Virus record (IMG/VR): IMGVR_UViG_3300014257_000015
Span: 32,001-96,000 of that record
Direction: 5' to 3' (one strand)
Source of the DNA: a virus
DNA: 64,000 bases
Part shown: positions 54,762 to 64,000 of the stretch, one piece after another
Layout of the letters: every line of letters starts with the position of its first letter
How positions within the stretch are numbered: the stretch's first letter is position 1
Notes under the pieces: model-generated
What the model was told of the DNA's origin: nothing
The model's input: only the letters and a program-made list of their open reading frames with translations
The model's database searches: none
Made by a program: the position numbers and the translations under genes

Positions 54762-55058
54762 TTCAACTGAAACATCCAATTGGAGATTTGACGTGGGAAA
54801 CAAAAAGAAACAACACAAACCAAGCGGCCTTACAACGGGAAAGGTGGATTTCAAAATCGACCAAATCGAATGCACATTGTACTGTGAAGAAGGCGCGTTT
54901 TTCGTACACTTTTGCGATGAAGATAGTGGAAGCGCAGTTTCTTTCGAAAATTGTACGGAAGATATGCTGGATTTGTTGGAAGAATTCATAAAATTAGCAA
55001 AAATCATGTTTAACAAGAGGCGAGTGTGAATTGTTCGGTAAAATATTTTGGTTGTTGG

Positions 55059-55129
55059 GTCGATTTTGCTTGACTTCCAATTCAATTGGAGTTACAATCT
55101 ATTTATACGTTGAAGGAGAACCGGCCATG
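55059..55129 (+). promoter_or_regulatory. promoter cassette copy, near-identical to 35446-35516
   Basis: TTGACT(55070)-17nt-TACAAT(55093), palindrome, GGAGAACCGGCCATG. Confidence 0.88.
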
Positions 55130-55345
55130 AAAAACATCGACGTCAAAGAAGAAGACATCGGCAAAAAAGTCATTCTTCCTGCTGGAACGAGATATGTTTC
55201 AAGAATAACCGCAGAAGGCACGAGTTATTCTCACACCACAAGCGAAGTTGCTGCTTTGGTGGTGGCGCCTGCCGACGCTGATGTTGAAGGTGATCTCCCG
55301 ACGTTCCAATTTGGTGGCGAATTCAGACTGGTGGATTTGGGATGA
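55127..55345 (+). CDS. hypothetical protein
   Basis: conserved leader. Confidence 0.7.
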   Translation: MKNIDVKEEDIGKKVILPAGTRYVSRITAEGTSYSHTTSEVAALVVAPADADVEGDLPTFQFGGEFRLVDLG

Positions 55346-55704
55346 AAGTCAGACACCATACAGAAAACGTCAAGGCTGATCCGTATGGATGCCCGTACGA
55401 GGGCTATTATGTAGGCGCCATTGACCCGTGTGGTGATTTGTATCTGATGTCTGGGCCGTACTACAGCCATGAAGACGCCGCGACACGATATTGGTCAACG
55501 CACAACCAGGTTTGCAACGCAGAGCCATCGGCGCAGGTGTGGGACTGGGGCGTGACAGAATGGTACGGCGTGGATGATGAACGAGTGGCATCTATCACAG
55601 AACAAAGAAGAAAAGAAGAGGGTGTTCAAAAAGCGATAGAGCAAATTCGTGAGAAAGTTAGGTGGTTTGTTCTTGAATCAAATGGAGTCACCGTTGTTCA
55701 TTAA
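55342..55704 (+). CDS. hypothetical protein
   Basis: ATGA overlap. Confidence 0.65.
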   Translation: MKVRHHTENVKADPYGCPYEGYYVGAIDPCGDLYLMSGPYYSHEDAATRYWSTHNQVCNAEPSAQVWDWGVTEWYGVDDERVASITEQRRKEEGVQKAIEQIREKVRWFVLESNGVTVVH

Positions 55705-55731
55705 CACCTAAACACAGAAGGAGAACCGGCC

Positions 55732-55953
55732 ATGACAGTAGGCGAATTGAAAGCAATCCTAGAAGACCTCGAAGACGACGTTGAAGTTGTGATGCAGTAC
55801 CAACCCAATTATCCGTTGAAGTCTGAAATCGCGGGCGCCACTTTGAAATCAGAAGTGGAAGGTGAGAAACCGGAATTCGATGAGGTTGACGTGCTGTATC
55901 TCGTCGAAGGCGAGCAAATAGGGTACGGGAACAAAGCGGCTTGGAATTTCTAG
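55732..55953 (+). CDS. hypothetical acidic protein
   Basis: conserved leader; MTVGELKAILE..QPNYPL. Confidence 0.75.
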   Translation: MTVGELKAILEDLEDDVEVVMQYQPNYPLKSEIAGATLKSEVEGEKPEFDEVDVLYLVEGEQIGYGNKAAWNF

Positions 55954-55984
55954 GCCGCTGTCAAACGTCGAAGGAGAACTAGTC

Positions 55985-56170
55985 ATGAAACCATACGGCG
56001 TCAAAAGAAAAGACAGCTGGTGTTGCCCTGGGCACGACAAATTCCCTCGGGAAACCTACAGAAACAATCGAAGCAAAAGGGCGCAAACCCGTGACACCAA
56101 ACTTGCGCACGGGATCGCCCGTTCTCGTGCTCGACTTGAGTTGAATCGACTTGTTTCTGAGGAAGCTTGA
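55985..56170 (+). CDS. small basic protein
   Basis: GGAGAACTAGTCATG leader. Confidence 0.65.
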   Translation: MKPYGVKRKDSWCCPGHDKFPRETYRNNRSKRAQTRDTKLAHGIARSRARLELNRLVSEEA

Positions 56171-56196
56171 AACCAACGCAGAAAGGAGAACCGGCC

Positions 56197-56799
56197 GTGA
56201 ACATACCGATTACAAACATAACGCACTTGGTGGATGTCGCGAAGACCTATTTGAAAGCACAAGGCGTCGAAGAGCCGAGTGAAGATCAACTCGCGGCTGC
56301 TATACATACGATCAGAACGCTCAACCCAATGCAGTTGAAAGGCGACTACACGCGCCCCGGTCACCACATCATTCGCATCCCAGACGGAACGCTTGCAGAG
56401 CGGATTTCGGACAGCTCTAATGAGTTGGCAGTGATGGGTCTGGCGTCCCAGTACACCCTTGGAAAGATCATTAGGGTGACTGTGAAGAATTCAGTGGTCA
56501 CCGTGCACTATGACCTCGGATGCATCATGCTTTTTCATTCGACGGTGATGGAGATAGATGTTCTTTGGGGTGCCACCCATTGTATCCCTGGTGACATCGT
56601 GGATATGGCGCGCAGCCACGGGAAGTTTCGAGGAATCCACCACCCTTTCACGCATGCCAACGTTGATGTGTATAGCTATCAGCACGGGCACATCGACATC
56701 AAAGACCCAGACGTTGTGCGACCGAATGTTCCAGCATATCGCGAGGTGGCGATTTTGTTGAATGACAAGATGACCGTCGAGAAACAGTTGGTCCAATGA
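56197..56799 (+). CDS. hypothetical protein
   Basis: GGAGAACCGGCCGTG leader. Confidence 0.7.
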   Translation: MNIPITNITHLVDVAKTYLKAQGVEEPSEDQLAAAIHTIRTLNPMQLKGDYTRPGHHIIRIPDGTLAERISDSSNELAVMGLASQYTLGKIIRVTVKNSVVTVHYDLGCIMLFHSTVMEIDVLWGATHCIPGDIVDMARSHGKFRGIHHPFTHANVDVYSYQHGHIDIKDPDVVRPNVPAYREVAILLNDKMTVEKQLVQ

Positions 56800-57581
56800 G
56801 TCGCCACATCGTACGGGTTGAACCAATTGTGTCGCGCAAATTCCAGGGCGCTTGTCGGATGCCGTACCCCGGGCGCCCTGGAGGCTGTCCCAACTTCGAT
56901 CACAAACGCGGTTGCCCATCGGGGGTGCCTCTGTTCAACGAGGTATTCAGAGGGCCAGTTCACGCTGTATTCTATCGTTTCAACCTCGAAGCGTTCGGCG
57001 AACGAATGTTGGCGCGAAACCCGAAGATGACACGGAAGCAATCGCGTTGTCTCTTGTATTGGCAACCCCGGGCGCGTAAGCATCTTCGGGAATTGGTCGC
57101 ATATACGCTGGAATGGTTCAGAGAACGAAACAAACGGCGAATGGCCTCGGTTTGCCCAGAAGCTCTTGGTGTCGATGTATTCACAACGATGCGAAACGCT
57201 GGTGTTGAGTTGGAATGGCCTGTAGAAAAGTGGGTGACACTCGTCGCCTTCGTCGCTCGCCCTAGAGATGGATACGCGGACACAGATTGGTGGCATATGA
57301 TCGGGGGCGCCGAGTATCAAACAGAACCAAAGCACAATGAAAGTTCGGGTTTGATGACTTTTAGGAAGATCGGCGAAGCTCTGGATATGCACCCGGCCTA
57401 TGCGCATGCGATTTACGAAAAGGCGTTGCGTAAATTGCGCCATCCTCGTAACCGTCGGGTGCTTCGTGATTTCATCGATCCTTCGCCCAACGACATCGGC
57501 CCTTCAGGCGCCGTTAAACGTCATCCGACTTTGGAAGAGATTGAAGAGTATGTGCAGAAATTTTGGCCAAGGTTGATTTGA
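56796..57581 (+). CDS. DUF2284-like metal-binding domain fused to sigma70 region-4-like domain
   Basis: C....GCPNF....CP, [18 protein letters not shown]...[10 protein letters not shown]....LRDFID. Confidence 0.7.
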   Translation: [261 protein letters not shown]

Positions 57582-59001
57582 TGGAAGTCAAATACGACAA
57601 CATCGAGATTTCATTGCCCACTGCGAAGTACATGTTGCGCAAATTGGGCGTGAAGCTCGAAGACGCGAAGCGCCTTGGGGCATTGATGCACCGCGTTGTC
57701 CAAGAGGCCATCGAGCGCGAACGAGATGCAGAAAAGACATTCGAGGCATTCAGGGAAACGAGGCGAAAAACATGAAGTGCAATATTTGTGGCCGCCGCGC
57801 TCGTTCGATGGTTGACATGCACGATATCGGCGGGCCTGTTCTGGGTCTTTGTTCCGATTGCAAAGGTGCGTTGATGAAGAAAATGAATAGGCTAAGAGGG
57901 AAGAGGGGTGTTGAATTGGAAACAGAGGTTACGAGGTGGGCGCTGTCTCGCTGCCGCAAGATTCACAACGAGAGGATACGGAAAACCAGATGGTTGTTGT
58001 GGCGCTAATGGAAAGGGCCTGTAGAAATATCTCGGCGATTGAACGCCGTATGCTCGCCTTCATCACAGAGCTTCGTGGCGTTTGGCTCCCGAGGTTGAAG
58101 GGGCGCCGCGCGAAGCGAATCAAAGACAAATTGGACGCTGTTGAAAAAGGGCTACGCGACTCACAATCCATGAGTCACGAGGATGACGTTACTGGCACGT
58201 AGTGCGGAACCCCTGTGCAAGTACACCTACACAATATTGACACTCGTTGCTTTTGGATAGATATTGGCAACGATTGGAAGTATTATTGGAGGATGGCCTT
58301 GGATATCAAAAGAATGTCATCAACCGTCACCACACAGGCGTCGAAGGATTGGGACGGCCACCAGCGTGATATGGATTTGTTGAAGGGACGCCTAGCCAAG
58401 GCTGTAAAGCGAAATGGTGTGCTCGTTGAATGTTGGAGTGAGACGTTGGATGCATTGATGCGCCATGGACGTCATCGCGCTGGATGCCCTCGAAAGACGA
58501 AGTCAGGAAAATGCAATTGCATCATTGGCACCGTTGTTGAAGAGTTGCGCACCAGAGGTGTAAAGAGAATATCGAAATTGCCTTGAGTCATCGTCCACCA
58601 CCGCTTTTCAAAATAAAGCGCAGAGCAGACCGGAGGTGGCAATGCGGCGGATCAATACTGATATCACAAATTTCTTGAAAGACAAGACCAATGATGTTGT
58701 GGATGGTGATTTGGAAGCGCTGGCAACGATCGTCAACGAACTCATCGACGAGAAATGGGAAAGAGACGAGCAAGGCGATAGGAAAATTGAATTTCACGTG
58801 GTAGATCGCACAACAACAGAACCCTTACCATTCATTCCACTTCCTCGGCTTCAAGCTTCGATGAATAGCGAGGAGAAACTGAACGAATACGTAGGTTTGG
58901 CCGCCGCCAATGTTCGCCTTGCTCTCGAAAATCTCACCAACGCGTTGAAAATACGTGATGCTATGGTGAAAAATGAGTTGGAGAAGGCGGCCAACGGCTA
59001 A
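57581..59001 (+). other. run of about five small hypothetical genes (57581-57775, 57772-58008, ~58008-58202, 58215-58586, 58636-59001)
   Basis: mostly overlapping stop/start codons; no recognisable motifs. Confidence 0.55.
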
Positions 59002-59033
59002 CCCCTCGTGCGTCGTTCGGGTACGATACAATC

Positions 59034-59720
59034 ATGTTGAAATTGACCAAATCAGAAATGATGGAAGCCATCACCCGAATCTATGGGCGGCTGGCTGAAG
59101 GGGCGAAAGACGCAGAGATCATCGAGGAGATGGGAATCAGCGCCGATGATTACGTGGCGCTGAAGACATCGATGTTTGACACGAAGGCCGACGAGATACG
59201 CACGCGGCCTATCGAACACGTGTACATCGACTATCTTTTGAAACAGTCGGAGAACGTCAAAGATCTCACCGACATGATCAAGGAATTCAAGACTACGAAG
59301 CAATACACGGCCCTCGTAGGAGCGGTTCGAGCGCGCAGTGACATCTATGACAAGTTGATCTCAGTCGGCCAGGATTGCGGCTTGATCCATCGCCAGCCGA
59401 AACGCAAAGAGATTATGGCAGGAGTGGTTGTTGCGGACCTCACCAACCTACAGCTCAAGAAAATGATCACGAAAGAGTTGGGCGATCTGAATGCGCTGAT
59501 GTCGAGGTATGGAGAGCGCAGCATCATGGAAATTGACGCTGGCGAAATCTATCACGGGAAGGCCGAAAGCTCAGTAGTTCTGGATGATGAAGACGACGAG
59601 AGAGATTTGGATGTGCCCGCGATTTTAAGCTCAGCTCTTCCGTCACACAAACCAAAGTTCAAGAGTGAACGGGATCGCAGGGGTGCCCGCCGCGCGGGCA
59701 GGAAGGTGATGAAAGAATGA
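59034..59720 (+). CDS. HTH + helical protein, possibly small terminase subunit
   Basis: LAEG..DAEIIEEMGIS HTH-like start, helical core, charged tail; function speculative. Confidence 0.4.
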   Translation: MLKLTKSEMMEAITRIYGRLAEGAKDAEIIEEMGISADDYVALKTSMFDTKADEIRTRPIEHVYIDYLLKQSENVKDLTDMIKEFKTTKQYTALVGAVRARSDIYDKLISVGQDCGLIHRQPKRKEIMAGVVVADLTNLQLKKMITKELGDLNALMSRYGERSIMEIDAGEIYHGKAESSVVLDDEDDERDLDVPAILSSALPSHKPKFKSERDRRGARRAGRKVMKE

Positions 59721-59977
59721 GCGGCGAAAAGTCGTTCGACGGGGCTGAAGCCTTGTCGAAGATCAGCGGCATTCCGAAATCAGAAGTGATGAAGATTTGG
59801 GAAGAGGTGAAAGCCAATCAACTAACATTGGACAGCTGCGAAGGTCCGCACGAATTCTTGAAAGACACTTCCATTCGCGCAAACAGATACAAGTGTACAA
59901 AGTGCGGCGGATGGGCTTCGGCTGAGGGTGCCGGTTGGTACAACAAAGGGCTTCAGCACGGGCGCGACGGCAAATGA
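59717..59977 (+). CDS. hypothetical protein (C..H..CTKC)
   Basis: ATGA overlaps. Confidence 0.65.
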   Translation: MSGEKSFDGAEALSKISGIPKSEVMKIWEEVKANQLTLDSCEGPHEFLKDTSIRANRYKCTKCGGWASAEGAGWYNKGLQHGRDGK

Positions 59978-60567
59978 AACTCGAAGAGTTGCGCGAGATG
60001 TTCTCGGGCAAATCACCCGAAGTAGCGCAACATCCCAAAGTGATCCCTGCGAAGAGGATCAAAATCACATTCGACGACATCGCAAGAGCTTCTGTCGATT
60101 TCGCGAACATCCCGGATACTAGGGCTGAAATAATCAATATGGAGGCGAGGAAGCGGTTGGATGAGAGTGTTATCGGCTCTCACTTCACAACAAGCCCGTC
60201 CAGGTTGTGGCTGCTCTCGACGCATTGCGACGGCGTTCTTTCGCCTTGTGGCGAGATTCCCACGAATGTTGTCAAAGCATTACCGATGCACACGCCATCA
60301 GGCGAGGCAGAAAATTGGTATCTGTGCGAACGTTGTGAAAAAGAATACAAAGAGAATTGGCTGGAAAGTTGTTCTGATTGGGACCTTCTTTCTTGCGAGA
60401 ATTGCAGGACAAAACCGGCAAGGACCATCCCAGCGCTGACGCGTTATCCTTGGGATGGAACGGGTGAAGATCCCAATAGGCCGCTTGACCTCTGTTTTCG
60501 CTGTTCCCGTGATTACGTTGAACATTGGAAAAATATGTGGGGCGAGTATGCTTCAACCAGATTTTAA
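59974..60567 (+). CDS. hypothetical Cys-rich protein
   Basis: CERC, CENC, CFRC. Confidence 0.6.
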   Translation: MKLEELREMFSGKSPEVAQHPKVIPAKRIKITFDDIARASVDFANIPDTRAEIINMEARKRLDESVIGSHFTTSPSRLWLLSTHCDGVLSPCGEIPTNVVKALPMHTPSGEAENWYLCERCEKEYKENWLESCSDWDLLSCENCRTKPARTIPALTRYPWDGTGEDPNRPLDLCFRCSRDYVEHWKNMWGEYASTRF

Positions 60568-60575
60568 CGATTGGA

Positions 60576-60648
60576 GTCGATTTTGGTTGACTTCCAATTA
60601 CAAATAGACTATGATCCCCGTATAACTGAAAAAGGAGAACCGGCCATG
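60576..60648 (+). promoter_or_regulatory. promoter cassette variant (half palindrome)
   Basis: GTCGATTTTGG-TTGACT(60587)-17nt-TATGAT(60610), GGAGAACCGGCCATG. Confidence 0.8.
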
Positions 60649-60951
60649 ACATGTTCACGCAAACACACAGTTCCACAAATACCAGACGAATATTGGAAGT
60701 GTTCGAAATGTGGCGAGGTGGATAACTTTGTCCTTGAACCGCCTGAAGGGATGGAAGACAAGGATGAAGATTGTCCATTGCTACATGATGACGATGATTG
60801 TGTCTGCTATTCGTGTGGAAATGCGACGACAGCCAAGCGCTTCGCCGCTTCGTTCGCGAAGAAAAATGACTTAGTCGCTTGTCCTTGTTGCGCGGGCAAG
60901 GGCCTATTGCCGTCGAAGAAAGCCGCCTCGATCAAGGAGAAGTTGAAATGA
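60646..60951 (+). CDS. Cys-rich zinc-binding protein
   Basis: CSKC, CYSC, CPCCAGKG; conserved leader. Confidence 0.7.
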   Translation: MTCSRKHTVPQIPDEYWKCSKCGEVDNFVLEPPEGMEDKDEDCPLLHDDDDCVCYSCGNATTAKRFAASFAKKNDLVACPCCAGKGLLPSKKAASIKEKLK

Positions 60952-61838
60952 CAGAATCTATCATTCGCCCTATGTTGGCTGGACAAATCAAGGATGAAGA
61001 AAAACTCAAGTATCCGTTGATTGCTTCGCCGAAGCTTGACGGAATACGGTGCTTGAAGATCGAAGGGCGAGTGCTCGCGCGCTCTCTCAAACCGATCAAA
61101 AACAACTACATCAGAACTGTGTTGGAGGAGTTGCTACCCGACGGTGTGGACGGGGAGTTGATGGCTGGAGACACATTCCAGGCATGCACGTCGGCTGTGA
61201 TGTCTGAAGATGGTGAACCAGAATTCAAGCTGTGGTGTTTTGACATGGTTGGCGGAGATTTGAAACAACCGTACATCGACAGACTTCGAGCGTTGAAGAA
61301 AGCCATAGTCAAAATCAATGACCCACGCGTTGAATTCGTTCCAATCAAATCCATCAACTCAAAAGAGGAATTGGACGAGTGCGAGAAGAAGTGCTTGGCC
61401 GAGGGGTTCGAGGGCGTAATGGTGCGAGATCCGTGTGGCCCTTACAAATGTGGTCGCAGCACCGAACGGGAAGGCTGGTTGTTGAAGCTAAAGCGCTTCG
61501 TGGACTCTGAAGCTGAAATCATCGGTTTCGAAGAATTGATGCACAACAACAACGAAAAGAAAACCAACGAGCTTGGTCTGACACAGCGTTCCACGGCAAA
61601 GGCCGGGAAGGTGCCGGGCGGAACGCTCGGGAAATTTCTTGTGCGTGATCTGAAAAGTGGCGTCGAAGGAAGGATTGGTACAGGGGTTGGTCTGACGCAA
61701 AAGCTCAGGCAGGCGATTTGGGACAATCGAGACGCATATTTGGGCGCTGTTGTCAAATACAGATACCAAGAAATTGGTGTGAAAGACAAAGCACGCATCC
61801 CAGTCTTCATCGGCTTCCGCGACAAAACAGATCTGTAA
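60948..61838 (+). CDS. lig: ATP-dependent DNA ligase (minimal type)
   Basis: SPKLDGIR, DGEL, FD, EGVMVR, LLKLK, R.PVF.GFR. Confidence 0.95.
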   Translation: MTESIIRPMLAGQIKDEEKLKYPLIASPKLDGIRCLKIEGRVLARSLKPIKNNYIRTVLEELLPDGVDGELMAGDTFQACTSAVMSEDGEPEFKLWCFDMVGGDLKQPYIDRLRALKKAIVKINDPRVEFVPIKSINSKEELDECEKKCLAEGFEGVMVRDPCGPYKCGRSTEREGWLLKLKRFVDSEAEIIGFEELMHNNNEKKTNELGLTQRSTAKAGKVPGGTLGKFLVRDLKSGVEGRIGTGVGLTQKLRQAIWDNRDAYLGAVVKYRYQEIGVKDKARIPVFIGFRDKTDL

Positions 61839-61888
61839 TCATCCTGTAGCAATCCAAACACATAGGTAACAGCGAGAGGAACGCCGCA

Positions 61889-62242
61889 ATGTCGGAAAGA
61901 TATGCCAACATCCAAGAGTCATTGCAAATGATGGCAAAATGGGCGGCGTCTGTTCGTCCGCTGTTGATGGAGTTCATACCTGGTGTGGTTGATGATGAGA
62001 ATAGACAGAATCTGCTTGACTTCGTTGGTGCGATGGATAAAATATCGGCGTTACTTTCGACATTCAAAGAAATTGAACAGACGTTTTTTGACTCGATGAT
62101 GGTCATTCAGCGTTGCGGCGCGCACCTTGAATCGAAGCTCAAGAGAGACTTCACAGAGAAGGCCCCTTGCCCACCGGTGCGCGTCGAACTAAACCACCCG
62201 GTACACAATCCATTTTTCCACAGGCCGGAAGACTTGAACTAA
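61889..62242 (+). CDS. hypothetical protein
   Basis: GAGG RBS. Confidence 0.6.
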   Translation: MSERYANIQESLQMMAKWAASVRPLLMEFIPGVVDDENRQNLLDFVGAMDKISALLSTFKEIEQTFFDSMMVIQRCGAHLESKLKRDFTEKAPCPPVRVELNHPVHNPFFHRPEDLN

Positions 62243-62607
62243 TGGATGCAGATCAACTGATCATAGACCGTCTGCGAGAAGTGATCAGAGATCTTGAAGT
62301 GCGAGTCAAAACACAACGCGCCGAACACGAAGCGGACGCTGTCCGCCGCCTCATCGCAGCACTAAACAAACCCATCCAGAATAGCATCGCACACGGAAAC
62401 ACCGTTGTTCAAATTGGGCTTCTGCGTGCCATAAATGAAGAGTTCAACGACTCGATAGGTACAAAGAAACAATGCGATGGAACCGTGGTTGAGTTCGTCG
62501 TTCGAGGCGATGATGGCGGAACAACACAGCATACCAAAGGCCAAGGCGAGGATATCAGCACTTCAATTCAACGTGCGTATTCTGAAACGCAAAATGAAGG
62601 AAGCTGA
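62242..62607 (+). CDS. hypothetical protein
   Basis: TAATG coupling. Confidence 0.55.
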   Translation: MDADQLIIDRLREVIRDLEVRVKTQRAEHEADAVRRLIAALNKPIQNSIAHGNTVVQIGLLRAINEEFNDSIGTKKQCDGTVVEFVVRGDDGGTTQHTKGQGEDISTSIQRAYSETQNEGS

Positions 62608-62805
62608 AAAGAAATATGAGGTTGCATTTCGCGCATGGAGACGAGTCGACGACAAGTTGATCGACGCCAAGCATGATCTAGAAGACACCCTAAGAAAGCA
62701 ACGGATCGAAAAAGAAAAACCAGCGCGACCTTGCCGCTGAACCTCCATACGGTTTATGCTTTGGCCTACTGTTGAAGTCGTAAACACCCATTGGAGGAAG
62801 AAACA

Positions 62806-63108
62806 ATGTCATCCGGCGTAACAAGAACAAAGACGGGTTGTGTGGTTGGTACAGGTGCTTCACTTGACGTGAAAACCGTAGGCTTCCAACCGAAGTATGT
62901 GAAGGTGGTCAGCGTTGCAGGGTTGGTCCAAGAAGAGTGGTATGAAGGGATGACCGAAGGTGATGCTGTAAAGCAGGTCACCGACGGAACGCTCAGCCAC
63001 ATCACAGGCGATACAGGGATCACTCCTCTCGTCAACGGCTTTACGATCGGTCTCGACGTAAACATCAACGTTGCAGGAGTGCCAGTATACTGGCTAGCTG
63101 TAGAGTAA
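62806..63108 (+). CDS. probable virion structural/decoration protein
   Basis: GGAGG RBS; G/T/V-rich beta protein, VGFQPKYV...NGFTIG..YWLA. Confidence 0.55.
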   Translation: MSSGVTRTKTGCVVGTGASLDVKTVGFQPKYVKVVSVAGLVQEEWYEGMTEGDAVKQVTDGTLSHITGDTGITPLVNGFTIGLDVNINVAGVPVYWLAVE

Positions 63109-63167
63109 GGCGACTCGGGCGTGGGCAACCGCGCCCAAACCTTTCCCGTACAACAGAGGGTTGAGTC

Positions 63168-63542
63168 ATGGCAGATACGTCCACAGCACCGAAGACGGCG
63201 CCGCAATACACACACTACAGGACGGTCACCGGCGCCGTGGATACGCTTCCCGAGACGACCAAAGCACACGGAATGAACGCGGCCATATTCGAGCGAGCGA
63301 ACATCCAGGTAGTTCCATCAGACGGGGCCAATCCAACGGTTGACGTGCTTTGGTGGAGCGATGAGGCGGATGCCTTCATCCAAGAGCACACCAATATCCA
63401 AAAGGCGGGCATTGGCGCTGACACACCGTATGAATTCACAATCGAAAGCCTTGGCAGGATATTTTTTGTTGCAGTGACGAGCGGCGTGGCAGCGGGACAG
63501 ACAGCAAAAATTTTCGTGTCTGGCTACGGGTTGGACGAGTAG
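63168..63542 (+). CDS. probable virion-associated beta protein
   Basis: T/A/G-rich, follows previous gene. Confidence 0.45.
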   Translation: MADTSTAPKTAPQYTHYRTVTGAVDTLPETTKAHGMNAAIFERANIQVVPSDGANPTVDVLWWSDEADAFIQEHTNIQKAGIGADTPYEFTIESLGRIFFVAVTSGVAAGQTAKIFVSGYGLDE

Positions 63543-63551
63543 GAGTTTGCG

Positions 63552-63842
63552 ATGGAAGGCCATTCGCTGGTGCGCACACGGCTGAAAAGAATGCCCGATG
63601 TTGTGACCATTTTGAACAAGAATGGCTCAAATGTCACGCTGGTTTCGGAAGGAATGCTGAAGTGTCGATGTAAATCCTGCGACACCACATTCTACATGTC
63701 CAGTGATATGGCACAAGTTTGTCCCTGCTGCATTGGCAGAGAGATTGAAAAAGTGTGGACAAGGCCGCAGACACTTCTCGTGCCTGAGAATGAATTGCCG
63801 ATAGCGAAGGCTGCCGCTAAAAACAGCGCACGAGGACGTTGA
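63552..63842 (+). CDS. small Zn-ribbon protein
   Basis: AGGAG RBS; CKSC..CPCC. Confidence 0.65.
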   Translation: MEGHSLVRTRLKRMPDVVTILNKNGSNVTLVSEGMLKCRCKSCDTTFYMSSDMAQVCPCCIGREIEKVWTRPQTLLVPENELPIAKAAAKNSARGR

Positions 63843-64000
63843 TGTTTACGCCTTCGGCCGCTGCGAAGCTCGTGCCACTGATTGGCGAGGGGTCAAAGTC
63901 AATCGAACACGCAGAGCGCTCCCAGCTCATACAATACTATCAGCATTGCAAAGCGATGGGATCCGAATGGATCAAGCGCCAAATCATTGACAACAATCGA
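63842..64000 (+). CDS. 5' part of a gene running off the window
   Basis: TGATG coupling; MFTPSAAAKLVPLIG... open to the end. Confidence 0.5.
   Translation, partial: MFTPSAAAKLVPLIGEGSKSIEHAERSQLIQYYQHCKAMGSEWIKRQIIDNNR

Noticed and set aside
1-64000. tRNA/rRNA genes, integrase, retron or DGR reverse transcriptase
   Set aside because: No cloverleaf with a T-loop in intergenic gaps and no recombinase or YxDD RT motifs noticed by eye; a tRNAscan/HMM run would be needed to exclude them formally.

Overview
64 kb from a large, apparently lytic dsDNA phage. Essentially all credible genes are on the + strand, many joined by ATGA/TGATG overlaps; no integrase, tRNA, rRNA or CRISPR array was seen. About 1-34.4 kb is a replication/recombination/nucleotide block: initiator?-DnaC-DnaB, amino-MTase, primase, MoxR/CobS AAA+ with a vWA partner, sigma-like factor, DnaE, HU, SSB, RecA, SbcCD, RuvC, 5'-3' exonuclease, UDG, Nudix and dCMP deaminase. 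About 34.4-62.6 kb is an accessory region of small genes behind repeated promoter/RBS cassettes, interrupted by a palindrome-rich non-coding stretch (51.5-52.4 kb) and an M15 endolysin. The window ends in probable virion/packaging genes. Two things stand out. (1) A coupled five-gene operon just before dnaE (FAD oxidoreductase, MazG-HAD fusion, class-III PLP aminotransferase with altered substrate residues, divergent ThyX, dNMP kinase) looks like an undescribed pre-replicative pyrimidine-modification pathway. (2) The DnaE intein carries its HNH homing endonuclease as a separate gene, with its own RBS, overprinted in the +1 frame while the polymerase frame stays open. All functional calls come from motif reading by eye, not database searches.
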